A DNA stretch of 64,000 bases from Octopus vulgaris. Lineage: Eukaryota. The translations under genes and the position numbers were made by a program. Below the pieces are notes generated by a model. That model searched no databases and was not told where the DNA came from. It worked only from the letters and a program-made list of their open reading frames with translations. Within the stretch, counting starts at the first letter, position 1. The number at the start of each line of letters is the position of its first letter. Below, one piece after another: positions 52,930-64,000 of the stretch. The stretch is from assembly GCA_951406725.2 (NCBI GenBank), contig OX597841.1, positions 25,730,001-25,794,000 on the forward strand. The letters are read 5' to 3'.

Positions 52930-53420
52930 GGTGGTGGTGGTTTGTAAAACGGGGAGCGGTGGGAGTAGGTGATTGAAGGCGGTAGAGAAAAAACTGTGGA
53001 GCGGAATGTGGCGGTAGGGGTGGTGTGAGTAGAGGGGTTCAGAGGTGGTGGTTTTGTAAAATAGGGGAGCGGTGGGAGTAGGTAATTAAAGGCGGTAGAG
53101 AAAAAAAAAACAGGGGAGCGAGAGTGGTAGTGGGAGGAGGTGTGAGTAGAGGGGTTCAGAGGTGGTGGTTTTGTAAAATAGGGGAGCGGTGGGAGTAGGT
53201 GATTGAAGGCGGTAAAGGGCTAAAGAGAAGAAGGAGAGTGGAAGTGGGAGTAGAGAGAATTAAAGGTGGTGGCGAGGATGGAAGGGTGGTGGGAGTAGGG
53301 GATGAACTGAAGTGATAAGTAAAATGAAGAGGAGTAGTGGTGAGAGTAAGGAATAAACAGTGGTGGTAAGAAAAATAAGAATGGGAGCGGTGGTGAGAGT
53401 AGATGATCATAAAGGTGGTG
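52930..53420. repeat. ~115-bp purine-rich tandem repeat (3 copies), with a displaced copy at ~54345-54545
   Basis: GGTGGTGGTTT(T)GTAAAA..GGGGAGCGGTGGGAGTAGGT.ATT.AAGGCGGTA. Confidence 0.8.
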
Positions 53421-53914
53421 GTAAGAAAAGAAATAGGGTGGTAGTGGCAGTAGAGGATTACAGGAAGTGGAGTGAAAAGTAGGGAAGTAGAGGTGATAGT
53501 AAGAGGAGACAGTGAAGATGCCAGAGGTGTGTGTATGTGTATAAGCGTGTATGTATGTATGTATGTATGTATGTATGTATGTGTGTGTGTGTGTGGTGGT
53601 AAAGAGGGGAGTGGAAAGAGATGGTGGTAGTGTGTGTGGTAGTGGTGGCGGGAGTGAAGTTATACAACAAACGGGAGCAGTACGGGTAGTTGTTGTGGTG
53701 GTGGTGGTAGTGGTGGTATTGGTGTTGGTAGTGTGTGTGTGTGTATGTATGTGGTTACGTTGCAGGAAGTTGTTGTACAGGTTGTAGTATCGGTGGTGTT
53801 ATTTGAGGTAGTGGTTGAAGCAGTTAAGTGTCCTCGTTAAAGTGCCGGTGGTAGTTGTGGTGAAGAAGGAGGTAGCGTTTGTTGTATAGGTGCCAGTAAT
53901 AGTGGTGTCAATGA

Positions 53915-54070
53915 AGGCTGCTAGCTGGCAGAATTGTTAGTACGCCGGACGAACTGTTTTGTAGCACTTCGTCCGTCTTTACGTTCTGAGTTCAAATTCC
54001 GCCAAGGTTGACCCCTTTCGGGGTCGATGAAATAAGTACCTGTTACGTACTGAGGTCGATGTAATCGATG
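53915..54070 (+). mobile_element. SINE B, diverged
   Basis: AGCTGGCAGAA..GTTAG..GTTCTGAGTTCAAATTCCGCC..CTTTCGGGGTCGAT. Confidence 0.75.
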
Positions 54071-54204
54071 GTAGTGGTGGTGGGACCTTTTGTTTTGTGG
54101 CAGTACTTTTTGGCACTTAAGGTAAACACACTCTCACACACACGTACGCAGAAATAATTCACATATAGAGAAAGAAATAAAGAAAGAAAGAAAGAAAGAA
54201 AGAA

Positions 54205-54250
<46 letters not shown>

Positions 54251-54902
54251 TGCAATGTATTTATTGGACGCTTTTCTTCTCTCCATATACACGAAGAGAA
54301 ATACGTTCAGAAAGAGAGGGGGCGGGGATGTGAGCGGTAAGGAAGGAGTGGTGGGAGTAGGTGATTGAAGGTGGTAAACGGCTAACGAGAAGGAGAGTTG
54401 AAGTGGGAGTAGAGAGAATTAAAGGTGGTGGCGAGGAAAGAAGGGGGGCGATGGTGTTAGTTGGGGGATAAACAGAGGTGATAAGTAAAATGAAGGGGAG
54501 CAGTGGTGAGAGTAAGGGATAAACAGTAGTGGCAAGAAAACTAAAATAAGGGAGATAAAGAGAAATAGAAAGACAGAGAGAGAGACAGACAGAGTAGAAA
54601 ACGGGAACAACGTTAAAACAATAGTTGTCAGATAAGTCAGCGTCGATTCACGGACGCCAAAAACGCGGAGCAGGATCACAGTAGGTCAGTCGCAATGGAG
54701 TACATACAAACTGACTAAAACCAACTAAATCCCTTTAAAAACAACCCTCAAAACTTATATGATGCTATGAAAATAGCATCACCTCACAACACACGTACAT
54801 ACAAAATTTAGCCGAAACCTCTATATTGAATTGGGGAAATCAACATATCTAATTCGTTATCATATCGTGTTTTCCACGCAAGATATTTTAGTCGAATACC
54901 AT

Positions 54903-55117
54903 TCTTTTATTCTTTTGCTCTTTTATTTGTATCAGTCAGTTGAGTGCGGCCATGCTGGAGCACCGCCTTAAAGGGTATTTTAGTCGAAGAAATCGACCCC
55001 AGGACCTATTCTTTGTAAGCTTAGTACTTATTCTACCGGATACTTTTAGCCGAACCGCTAGGTCACGGGGACTTAAACACACCAGCATCGGTTGTCAAGC
55101 GATGGCGGGAAGTCAAG

Positions 55118-55150
<33 letters not shown>

Positions 55151-55155
55151 GTATG

Positions 55156-55194
<39 letters not shown>

Positions 55195-55732
55195 GACGGA
55201 CTTCTTTCAATTTCCGTCTACCAAATCTACTCACAAGAATCTGGAGGCAGATGGCCTAGTGGTTAGAGCAGCGGACACGCGGGTTCGAATCTCAGACCAG
55301 GCGATGTGTGTATTTATGAGAGAAACACCTAAGCTCCACGCGGCTCCAACGGCCATGCTGGAGCACCCCATTTTTGTTGAGCAAATCGATACCAGGACTT
55401 ATTCTTTAGAAGATAGTACTTATTCTATCGGTTTCTTTAGCCGAACCGCCACGTTACGGGGGACGTAAACACACCACCATCAGTTGTCAAGTGATGTTGG
55501 GGTAACAAACACAGACACACAAACATATACACATACACACACATACATACATATATATATATATATATGTATACGTGGGGCTTCTTTCAGTTTCCGTCTA
55601 CCAAATCTGTTCACAAGGCTTTGGGCAGCCCGAGACTATAGTAGAAGACACTTGCCTAGGTGCCACGCAGTGGGACTGAACCCGGAACCATATGGTTGGT
55701 AAGCAAGCTACTTACCACACAGCCACTCCTGC
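54903..55732 (-). mobile_element. Two SINE A copies (54903-55238, 55350-55732) separated by a plus-strand family C-type head (55242-55348)
   Basis: Matches to 3142-3563 and 35716-35835. Confidence 0.8.
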
Positions 55733-55892
55733 GTTATATATTCACACAAATACACACACTCAGATATGTATATGCACACAAACACACACACTTGCAGACA
55801 TACACACACACACACGTGTGTGTTTGCGTGTTTCACGAACCTGACAGATTTAATCGGTTATATGTATGATTGTAAAACACAAGACAACCGCA

Positions 55893-55952
<60 letters not shown>

Positions 55953-56027
55953 GTGAGTGTGTGTGTATGTGTGTGTGAGTGTACACACACACACACACAT
56001 ATATGTACAAGCATTGATATATGTGTA

Positions 56028-56086
<59 letters not shown>

Positions 56087-56306
56087 ACAGATATCAATGC
56101 ATGTACATATATATGTGTGTGTGTGTGTGTACGAGTGTATGTGTGTGCGCCAGTAAATATGTATATATAGGTTCACTGTGTGTGTATGTGTGCGAACGCG
56201 CGTGCGAGTGTATAGAATTATGTTAGTGTATATATGTATACATTCATTTATATTTAATTTATACTTCTGAGTAAATGTTTATAAATATCATAATGCATAC
56301 ATACAG

Positions 56307-56340
<34 letters not shown>

Positions 56341-56462
56341 GCACACATTTAAAAAAAAAATTATGTGTGTGATTGTATATAATATATACATATGTAGATA
56401 CTAATAAATATATCTGGAAATACTTATAGACACGCGCATATATTTATATAAGGAAATTCGGT

Positions 56463-56559
<97 letters not shown>

Positions 56560-56765
56560 ACATCACAAGAGATACCAACACCCTGACCCAGTAACGTTAT
56601 ACATACATATATATATATAAATACTTACATATATATGTATACATATAGATAATAAATGTATATATATATATATAGATATATATATGCATATACATACATA
56701 TATTTCATGTATATATATTATATGTATATATATATAATATATATGCATATATATATACTACATAT

Positions 56766-56803
<38 letters not shown>

Positions 56804-56955
56804 GTATGTATATGCATATATACATATATATGTGTATATATATGTGTGTATATGCATATATATACTACATATGTATATAAGTATAACTACACACACACGA
56901 GATACCTACACCCTGACCCAGTAACGTTATACATACATATACATATATAAATACC

Positions 56956-57073
<118 letters not shown>

Positions 57074-57301
57074 TGTATATGTATATGTGTATGTGTATAT
57101 GCATATATATACATATGTATAAATACACGCAAACACATACACACACACATATTTGTACATATGACATCTATCTTGTACATATCTATCACCACAACCACAA
57201 CCACAACCACCACCACCACGTACACCCTCCGCTACCCTCACCGCCTTCACCACCTGCCGCAGGTGACATTTACTGATATCGCAACTCGGTATTGTAGTAA
57301 T

Positions 57302-57355
<54 letters not shown>

Positions 57356-57407
57356 CGTGTGTATATATATATATGTATGTATGTGTGTGTGTATGTATAT
57401 ATGTATG

Positions 57408-57448
<41 letters not shown>

Positions 57449-57479
57449 ATATATATACGTGTATATATATGTGTCTGTG

Positions 57480-57511
<32 letters not shown>

Positions 57512-57661
57512 TGTATGTATATATATATATATATGTATATATATATACACAGACACATATATATATATACAAATATGTATATATACATATATATGTATAT
57601 ATACATATATATGTATATATGTGTATATATATATATATATATACATATATATGTGTATAGG

Positions 57662-57693
<32 letters not shown>

Positions 57694-57914
57694 TTGCTGC
57701 AATGACGGTGTTGGTTGTAGTGATGGTAGTGGTGATTGTATCGATGGTGTTAATGTCAATGTTATTGTTTTCTAATGATTGTGTTGTTCTTGTCGATGTT
57801 GTTGTTGTTGGTCATGGTGGTGGTGGTGGTGCTGGTGTTTGTGATGAAGATGTTGATGGACAACCGTAATGTAAATGATGCTGCTGCTGCTGATGATGAT
57901 TATAGTGATGCTGC

Positions 57915-57954
<40 letters not shown>

Positions 57955-58022
57955 AGCTGTGGTGGTGGTTATGGAGGTGGTGATGGTGGTGCTGATGATG
58001 GAGATATTGTTGGTGATGCTGG

Positions 58023-58058
<36 letters not shown>

Positions 58059-58230
58059 CTATGGTTGTGGTGGTGATGGTGATGATGGTGGTGGTGATGG
58101 TGATGATGGTGGTGGTGATGATGATGTTGATGCTGACACTGATGGTGATTATTATGATTGTGTTAGTGAGGGCTGGTTGTGTGTGTGGGGGGGGATGGTG
58201 ATGCTGGTTGTAATAGTGTTTGTTATTGGT

Positions 58231-58261
<31 letters not shown>

Positions 58262-58411
58262 GTGGCGGCGACGATGATGATGATGATGATGGTGATGATG
58301 ATTATGATAATGAGGATGATGATGACATGAGGAAACGGCGACTAAGTAGTTGATGATAAGGAAGAGGAGAATGAAGCAGAAGGGAGAAATGAGGAAAAAG
58401 ATGGCCGTGAC

Positions 58412-58444
<33 letters not shown>

Positions 58445-58489
58445 AATGGTAGCAGGGAAAGTGGCAGGGGCAGTAACGAAATATCTTCA

Positions 58490-59040
58490 TGTAATACAAC
58501 AGAAACATTTGAACTGATAGGGTTTTTTCTAAGGATGTGGGCTGTACTTGTCTGTACAATTATTTGGATTTCTCTGAGAGATGGCTCTCCTGGGATGTTA
58601 TCCAGATGTTTCTGGCATACCTTTTTTATCATACCTAGGGCACCTAAAAACAACATTTCTCATCCTAAGATGCCACATCGTTTGTATTTCAATTTCCAGC
58701 TCCTTATATTTACTTAATTAGTCAAATTCCTTTACAGATATATTTTTCATCAGTGGGAAATCTTACATCTATTAGTTTACAAGTACATACGTTCTTCTCT
58801 TTAATAATTATGCCTGGTCGATTAACCTGGATCGTTTTGTCGGTATTGACTGGAAAATCCCAGAGGATAGTGACATTCTTACCTTCAGTGACTGGTTCAG
58901 GATGATGTTCATACCTGTAAGCAGGAGTGCTGATTTTGTGGTGCTTACGTACTTTCCAATGTAAATACTGTCCTACACTATCGTGGCGATTTTTGTATTC
59001 GTTTGGTATCAGCACTGGACATCCCGACACGAGATGGTCT
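58490..59040 (-). pseudogene. R4/Dong-like restriction-like endonuclease fragment, 5'-truncated at (TAA)n
   Basis: HLVSGC..EYKNRHDSVGQYLHW..ILWDFPVNTDKTIQVNRPGII..LIDV.FP..LGALG..SLREIQ..TAHILRK, frameshifted. Confidence 0.8.
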
Positions 59041-59077
59041 ATTATTATTATTATTATTATTATTTCTAAGACCACAA

Positions 59078-59475
59078 GCAGGCAGAATCGTTAGCGCGCC
59101 GGGCAAAATGTTTGGCGGTATTTCGTCTCCCGCTACGTTCAGAGTTCAAATTTCGTCGAGGTCGACTTTGCCTTTCATCTTATCGGTGTCGATTAAATAA
59201 GTACCAGTTACGCACTGGGGTCGATATAATCGACTAAATCCGTTTGTCTGTTCTTGTTTGTCCTCCCTGTGTTTAGCCCCTTGTGAGTAGTAAAGACATA
59301 AATAAGTATTTCGTCTGTCTTTATGCTCCGAGCACAAATTCCACCGAGGTCGACTTTCAGGGTTGAGCTCATCCTTTCAGGGCCGATAAATAAAGTACCA
59401 GTTGTGAACTGGGTTCGATGTAATCGACTTAATATTTCCCCCCAAATTTCCGGCATTGTGCCTTTAGTAGAAAGG

Positions 59476-59478
<3 letters not shown>
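59078..59478 (+). mobile_element. SINE B copy followed by a related variant
   Basis: GGCAGAATCGTTAGCGCGCCGGGC..GAGTTCAAATT..AGCCCCTTGTG; second unit ends CCTTTAGTAGAAAGG(ATT)n. Confidence 0.8.
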
Positions 59479-59512
<34 letters not shown>

Positions 59513-59514
<2 letters not shown>

Positions 59515-60290
59515 GAGTGAGAGGGCAGTGCATGCCATCAAAGTGACACTGCGGTAAAATATACGAAGCCCAGTATACCCATCATGACTACCCGTCTGAT
59601 AAGGGTACACTAGGCACATGCATCACAACCATATGTGCGTGACATGGTGATCTCATATCAAGATAAACAGCGCATGACCTTGCAGGTGGGGCCCAGTTAG
59701 AATTTTCTTCTGGACCCATCCCGCTCAAAAGGTCCCTGAATAAGGGTTGTTTAAGGATGTTGAACGAAACACCCATGTTTCCAAAGGTGAATTATTCAAA
59801 CCCCAAAGAATCCCTTCAACACATGGCTATGATGCTCCCCCACTGTTTCTGCTCGTGATCAGAGATGCACACATTATCAGCCACTAAGGGACATGCTCAA
59901 CTGGTTAAGGTCAAACAACTGACCAAGCAAATCTTGGTAGAAACGTTAGCACGCCGGGCGAAATTCGTAGCCGTATTTCGTCTGTCGTTACGTTCCGAGT
60001 TCAAATTCCGCCGAGGTCGACTTTGCATTTCATCCTTTCGGGGTCGATAAATTACGTACCAGTTACGCACTGGGGTCGATGTTGTCGACTTAATCCCTTT
60101 GTCTGTCCTTGTTTGTCCCCTCTGTGTTTAGCCCCTTGTGGGTAGTAAAGATATATAAATCTGTGGTATTGAGCAGAATATTTGCTGTAGCCCATCTTTT
60201 ATACCAAGACAAAACAATGTACATGATAACACTTCCAATCAGTTAAGATCAGAAGCCATGAGAGCCACTGCCTGGTACTGCATCAGGGCT
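59513..60290 (-). mobile_element. Second copy of the (TAA)n-inserted element, interrupted by SINE B (59938-60155)
   Basis: Reverse complement of 50126-50669; SINE flanked by AAATCT(G)TGGTA duplication. Confidence 0.85.
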
Positions 60291-60327
60291 TTTATTATTA
60301 TTATTATTATTATTATTATCATTATTA

Positions 60328-60382
<55 letters not shown>

Positions 60383-60486
60383 TATCATTATTATTATTAT
60401 TATTATCATTATTATTATCATTATCATTATTATTATTATCATTATCATTATCATCATCATTATTATTATTATTATTATTATCATTA

Positions 60487-60541
<55 letters not shown>

Positions 60542-60563
60542 CATTATTATTATTATCATTATT

Positions 60564-60598
<35 letters not shown>

Positions 60599-60638
60599 CA
60601 TTATTATTATTATTATTATCATTATTATTATCATTATC

Positions 60639-60694
<56 letters not shown>

Positions 60695-60720
60695 CATTAT
60701 TATTATTATCATTATTATTA

Positions 60721-60752
<32 letters not shown>
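60291..60752. repeat. (ATT/ATC)n microsatellite
   Basis: Direct inspection. Confidence 0.95.
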
Positions 60753-61673
60753 TTAAAGGTGGTGTACTGTCAGATTCGTTAGCACACTGGACAACATTCT
60801 TAGCGTAAGAATAACAGTAAGAGTGATGATGGTGTTGGTGGTGGTGGTGTTGTTGTTGGTGGTGGTAGTAGTGGTCTAGTGCTATAATTGCTGTTGTTGT
60901 TGTCGTTGTTGTTGTTGACCGATGATTTCGTTGGTGATGTTACTGCCGCTGCGACCCGTCGCCGTCTGCGTCTGCGCTGTCGTCGAAGAGTCGCTGATGG
61001 GAGAGCCAGTTGGTAGTGAAATTTGATGGCGGCGGTGTCGCTTATTATTTGTGGTGGTGGTGGTGGTCGTGGCTGGAAGAGAGCTACGGAATAGTTATGA
61101 GTATAATGCTGCTGCTACTGTGATGGTGGTGGTGGCGGTGGTAGTGGTGGTGGTGGCGGCGGTGGTGGTGGTGGTGGTGGTGGTAAAGTTGCTGTCGTAG
61201 TTGTTGGTGCTGTTGTTGGCAGTGGTGGGTGTTTGCAGTGGTGGAGATGGCGGTGATGATAATGATAGCGATGATGATAATGACGGTGATGATGATGATG
61301 ATGATGATGATGATTAGGAGGTGGAGGAAGAAGAGGAGGAGATAGAGTAGTAGCAAGATGCAGACGACGACGATGATGATGATGATGATAAAATGCAGGA
61401 GGGGGCGGATACCAGTAACGGCAACGATGATGATGATGATGATGATGAGGAGGATGAGGAGGAGGAGGAGAGGAAGGGGGAGGCAGAAGTGGAGAAGGAG
61501 GATGCAGATGATGGCGAGAAAGAAGAGTCAAAGGCAGGAGATGGCTGCTGCTGCTGATGATGATGATGATGTCGATGATGATGATGACGACGACGACGAC
61601 GACGACGATGATGATGATGATGACGACGATGATGACGATGATGATGTTGATGATGATGATGATGTTGATGACA

Positions 61674-61707
<34 letters not shown>

Positions 61708-62159
61708 CAATGATGATGATGGTGATGATGATGGTGATGTTGATGATGATCATGATGATGATGACGACGACAGTGGGTAACGAAACCAGTAGATAATTGT
61801 TTTCACTTTACACACTTTTTTTGTTTTTATTCATCGTTGTCTCTGTTGTCGCTGAAGTGGTGGTGGTGGCGAGGGGTGGCGGTGGCGAGGGTGGCGGTGG
61901 TGGTGGTAGGGGTGGCGGCGGCGGTTAGCGTTGTTGTTTAGCTAGGTTTTTAATCACAAATCGATTATTTGTCTATCTTTATCGGCCTCTATGATAAATT
62001 ATACATACACAGATATAAACATATGTATATGTGTATATATGTATATGTGTATATATACATACATATATATATATACATATATATATATGTATATATATAT
62101 ATACAAATATATATTTTTATATATGCACAAAATGTGCATATGTGCGTCTGTGTGTGTGT

Positions 62160-62207
<48 letters not shown>

Positions 62208-62486
62208 GGATATAAGAACAGAAGTACAGAAATGTATGCGTATATGTATGAGTGTGTGTGTGTGTGTGTATAAGTATGTTACTATATACACGAGTGGATA
62301 TACGAATACGTAAGCACGCACACACACAGATTCTATACACACACACACACACATATATGTATATATATATATATATATACACATATGCTTCTGTGTGTCG
62401 CATGTGGTTGTAATTATCTGTAAAATATAAGTACATAAATGTGTATGTATGTATATAGCTATTATTATCTACAAACAAACATACAT

Positions 62487-62522
<36 letters not shown>

Positions 62523-62681
62523 GAATAGGTTTCCGTAAGTATACACACGCATACACACAGACACGCACACACAGAAATACACATACGCACGCACACAGAT
62601 ATACACCCATGTTTGTTTGAGAGTGTGAATACGTGCGTATGTGTGTGTACGTGCACCTATATACATATACATACATATATG

Positions 62682-62714
<33 letters not shown>

Positions 62715-62864
62715 ACATACATACACATGTCGGTTGTGTAGTACAGCATGCGGCACACCATTGCCGCACGCCGTTACACACGAAATCTCTCTCTGCTCTA
62801 CGCAAAACTGCATAATACTGTACCCTGTTTCACACAAGACTAAGAGGGCGTCCTGCACTTGGTT

Positions 62865-63991
62865 ATCATCATCATCATTGTTCGACCGTGGTCGAGACAA
62901 TGGAATTTACCATGTTTCGCCAGACTTCACGGTCCATCATGGCATTACGGAGGTCCTGTTGCTGGATGCCTGTATCCCTGGAGATTACATCAGGGTAGGA
63001 GAGTGTGCGCCCTCTGGTATTGCGAGTAGATGGCTTCCAGAGGAGAAGAGTAGAAATTACTTCTTTTTCAGCTCTGCAACAATGTCCAGCAAACTGGACC
63101 CTCCTACCTTTCACAAGAGATGACACAGGTGGTAGTTTCCCATATATTTGTACTTTGGTTGGATGACGCTTCCACGAGAGATTTTGAGCCCTCATAAGGA
63201 GGCGAGTGTAGGTTCCATCCAACCGCCTCTCAAGCTTCTTTGATAACGTCCAGGTTTCTGAGCCATAGAGTAGAATTGGTTCGACTGTGGTAGGATACCA
63301 TCATCATCATCATTGTTCGACTGTGGTCAAGACAATGGAATTTACCATGCTACGCAAGACTTCACGGTCCATCATGGCATTACGGAGGTCCTGTTGCTGG
63401 ATGCCTGTATCCCTGGAGATTACATCAGGGTAGGAGAGTGTGCACCCTCTGGTATTGCGAGTAGATGGCTTCCAGAGGAGAAGAATAGAAATTGCCTCGT
63501 TTTCAGCTCAACAACAATGTCCAGCAAACTGGACTCTCTTACCTTTCACAAGAGATGACACAGGTGGTAGTTTCCCATATATTTGCATTTTGGTTGGATG
63601 ACGCTTCCACGAGAGATTTTGAGCTCTCATAAGGAGGCGAGTGTAGGTTCCATCCAACCGCCTCTCAAGCCTCTTTGATAACGTCCAGGTTTCTGAGCCA
63701 TATAGTAAAATTGGTTCGACTGTGGTAGGATACCATCATCATCATCATTGTTCGACTGTGGTCAAGACAATGGAATTTACTATGTTACGCCAGACTTCAC
63801 GATCCATCATGGCATTACGGAGGTCCTGTTGCTGGATGCCTGTATCCCTGGAGATTACATCAGGGTAGGAGAGTGTGCGCCCTCTGGTATTGCGAGTAGA
63901 TGGCTTCCAGAGAAAGAGTAGAAATTACCTCGTTTTCAGCTCTACAACAATGTCCAGCAAACTGGACTCTTCTACCTTTCACAAGAGATGA
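62865..63991 (-). mobile_element. RTE-clade LINE 3' end in a head-to-tail tandem array (435-bp period, ~2.6 copies)
   Basis: ILLYGSETWTLSKKLERRLDGTYTRLL..QFAGHC.R..LLLWKP..RGR..AMMDREVWR then (TGA)n tail; equivalent positions 62881, 63316, 63751. Confidence 0.9.
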
Positions 63992-64000
63992 TATGTATGT

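Overview
AT-rich, extremely microsatellite-dense metazoan DNA. The (TA)n/(CA)n/(TATG)n/(TATC)n/(TAA)n/(GAT)n/(GGT)n tracts and the set of tRNA-derived SINEs point to a coleoid cephalopod, most likely Octopus (inference from repeat composition). No host protein-coding gene can be supported; nearly all ORFs in the track are microsatellite translations. Real coding signal comes only from transposon relics: a Tx1/L1-clade LINE 3' half, a CR1-like LINE end, three R4/NeSL-type restriction-like-endonuclease fragments, a tandemly triplicated RTE end, a Penelope-like fragment and a DD37D Tc1/mariner copy. There are also nested piggyBac/hAT MITEs, Helitron-like elements and several minimal hammerhead motifs. 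The most unusual observation is a short non-coding mobile element (9068-9995, minus strand, split by a LINE). It carries a complete hammerhead catalytic core whose three strands lie in a non-canonical, pseudoknotted order, apparently closed by a Kt-7-like kink-turn. A second copy (26648) begins at the predicted self-cleavage site. About 14.7-16.65 kb looks like a garbled or inverted consensus and may be an assembly artefact. All calls are by eye, so boundaries are approximate.
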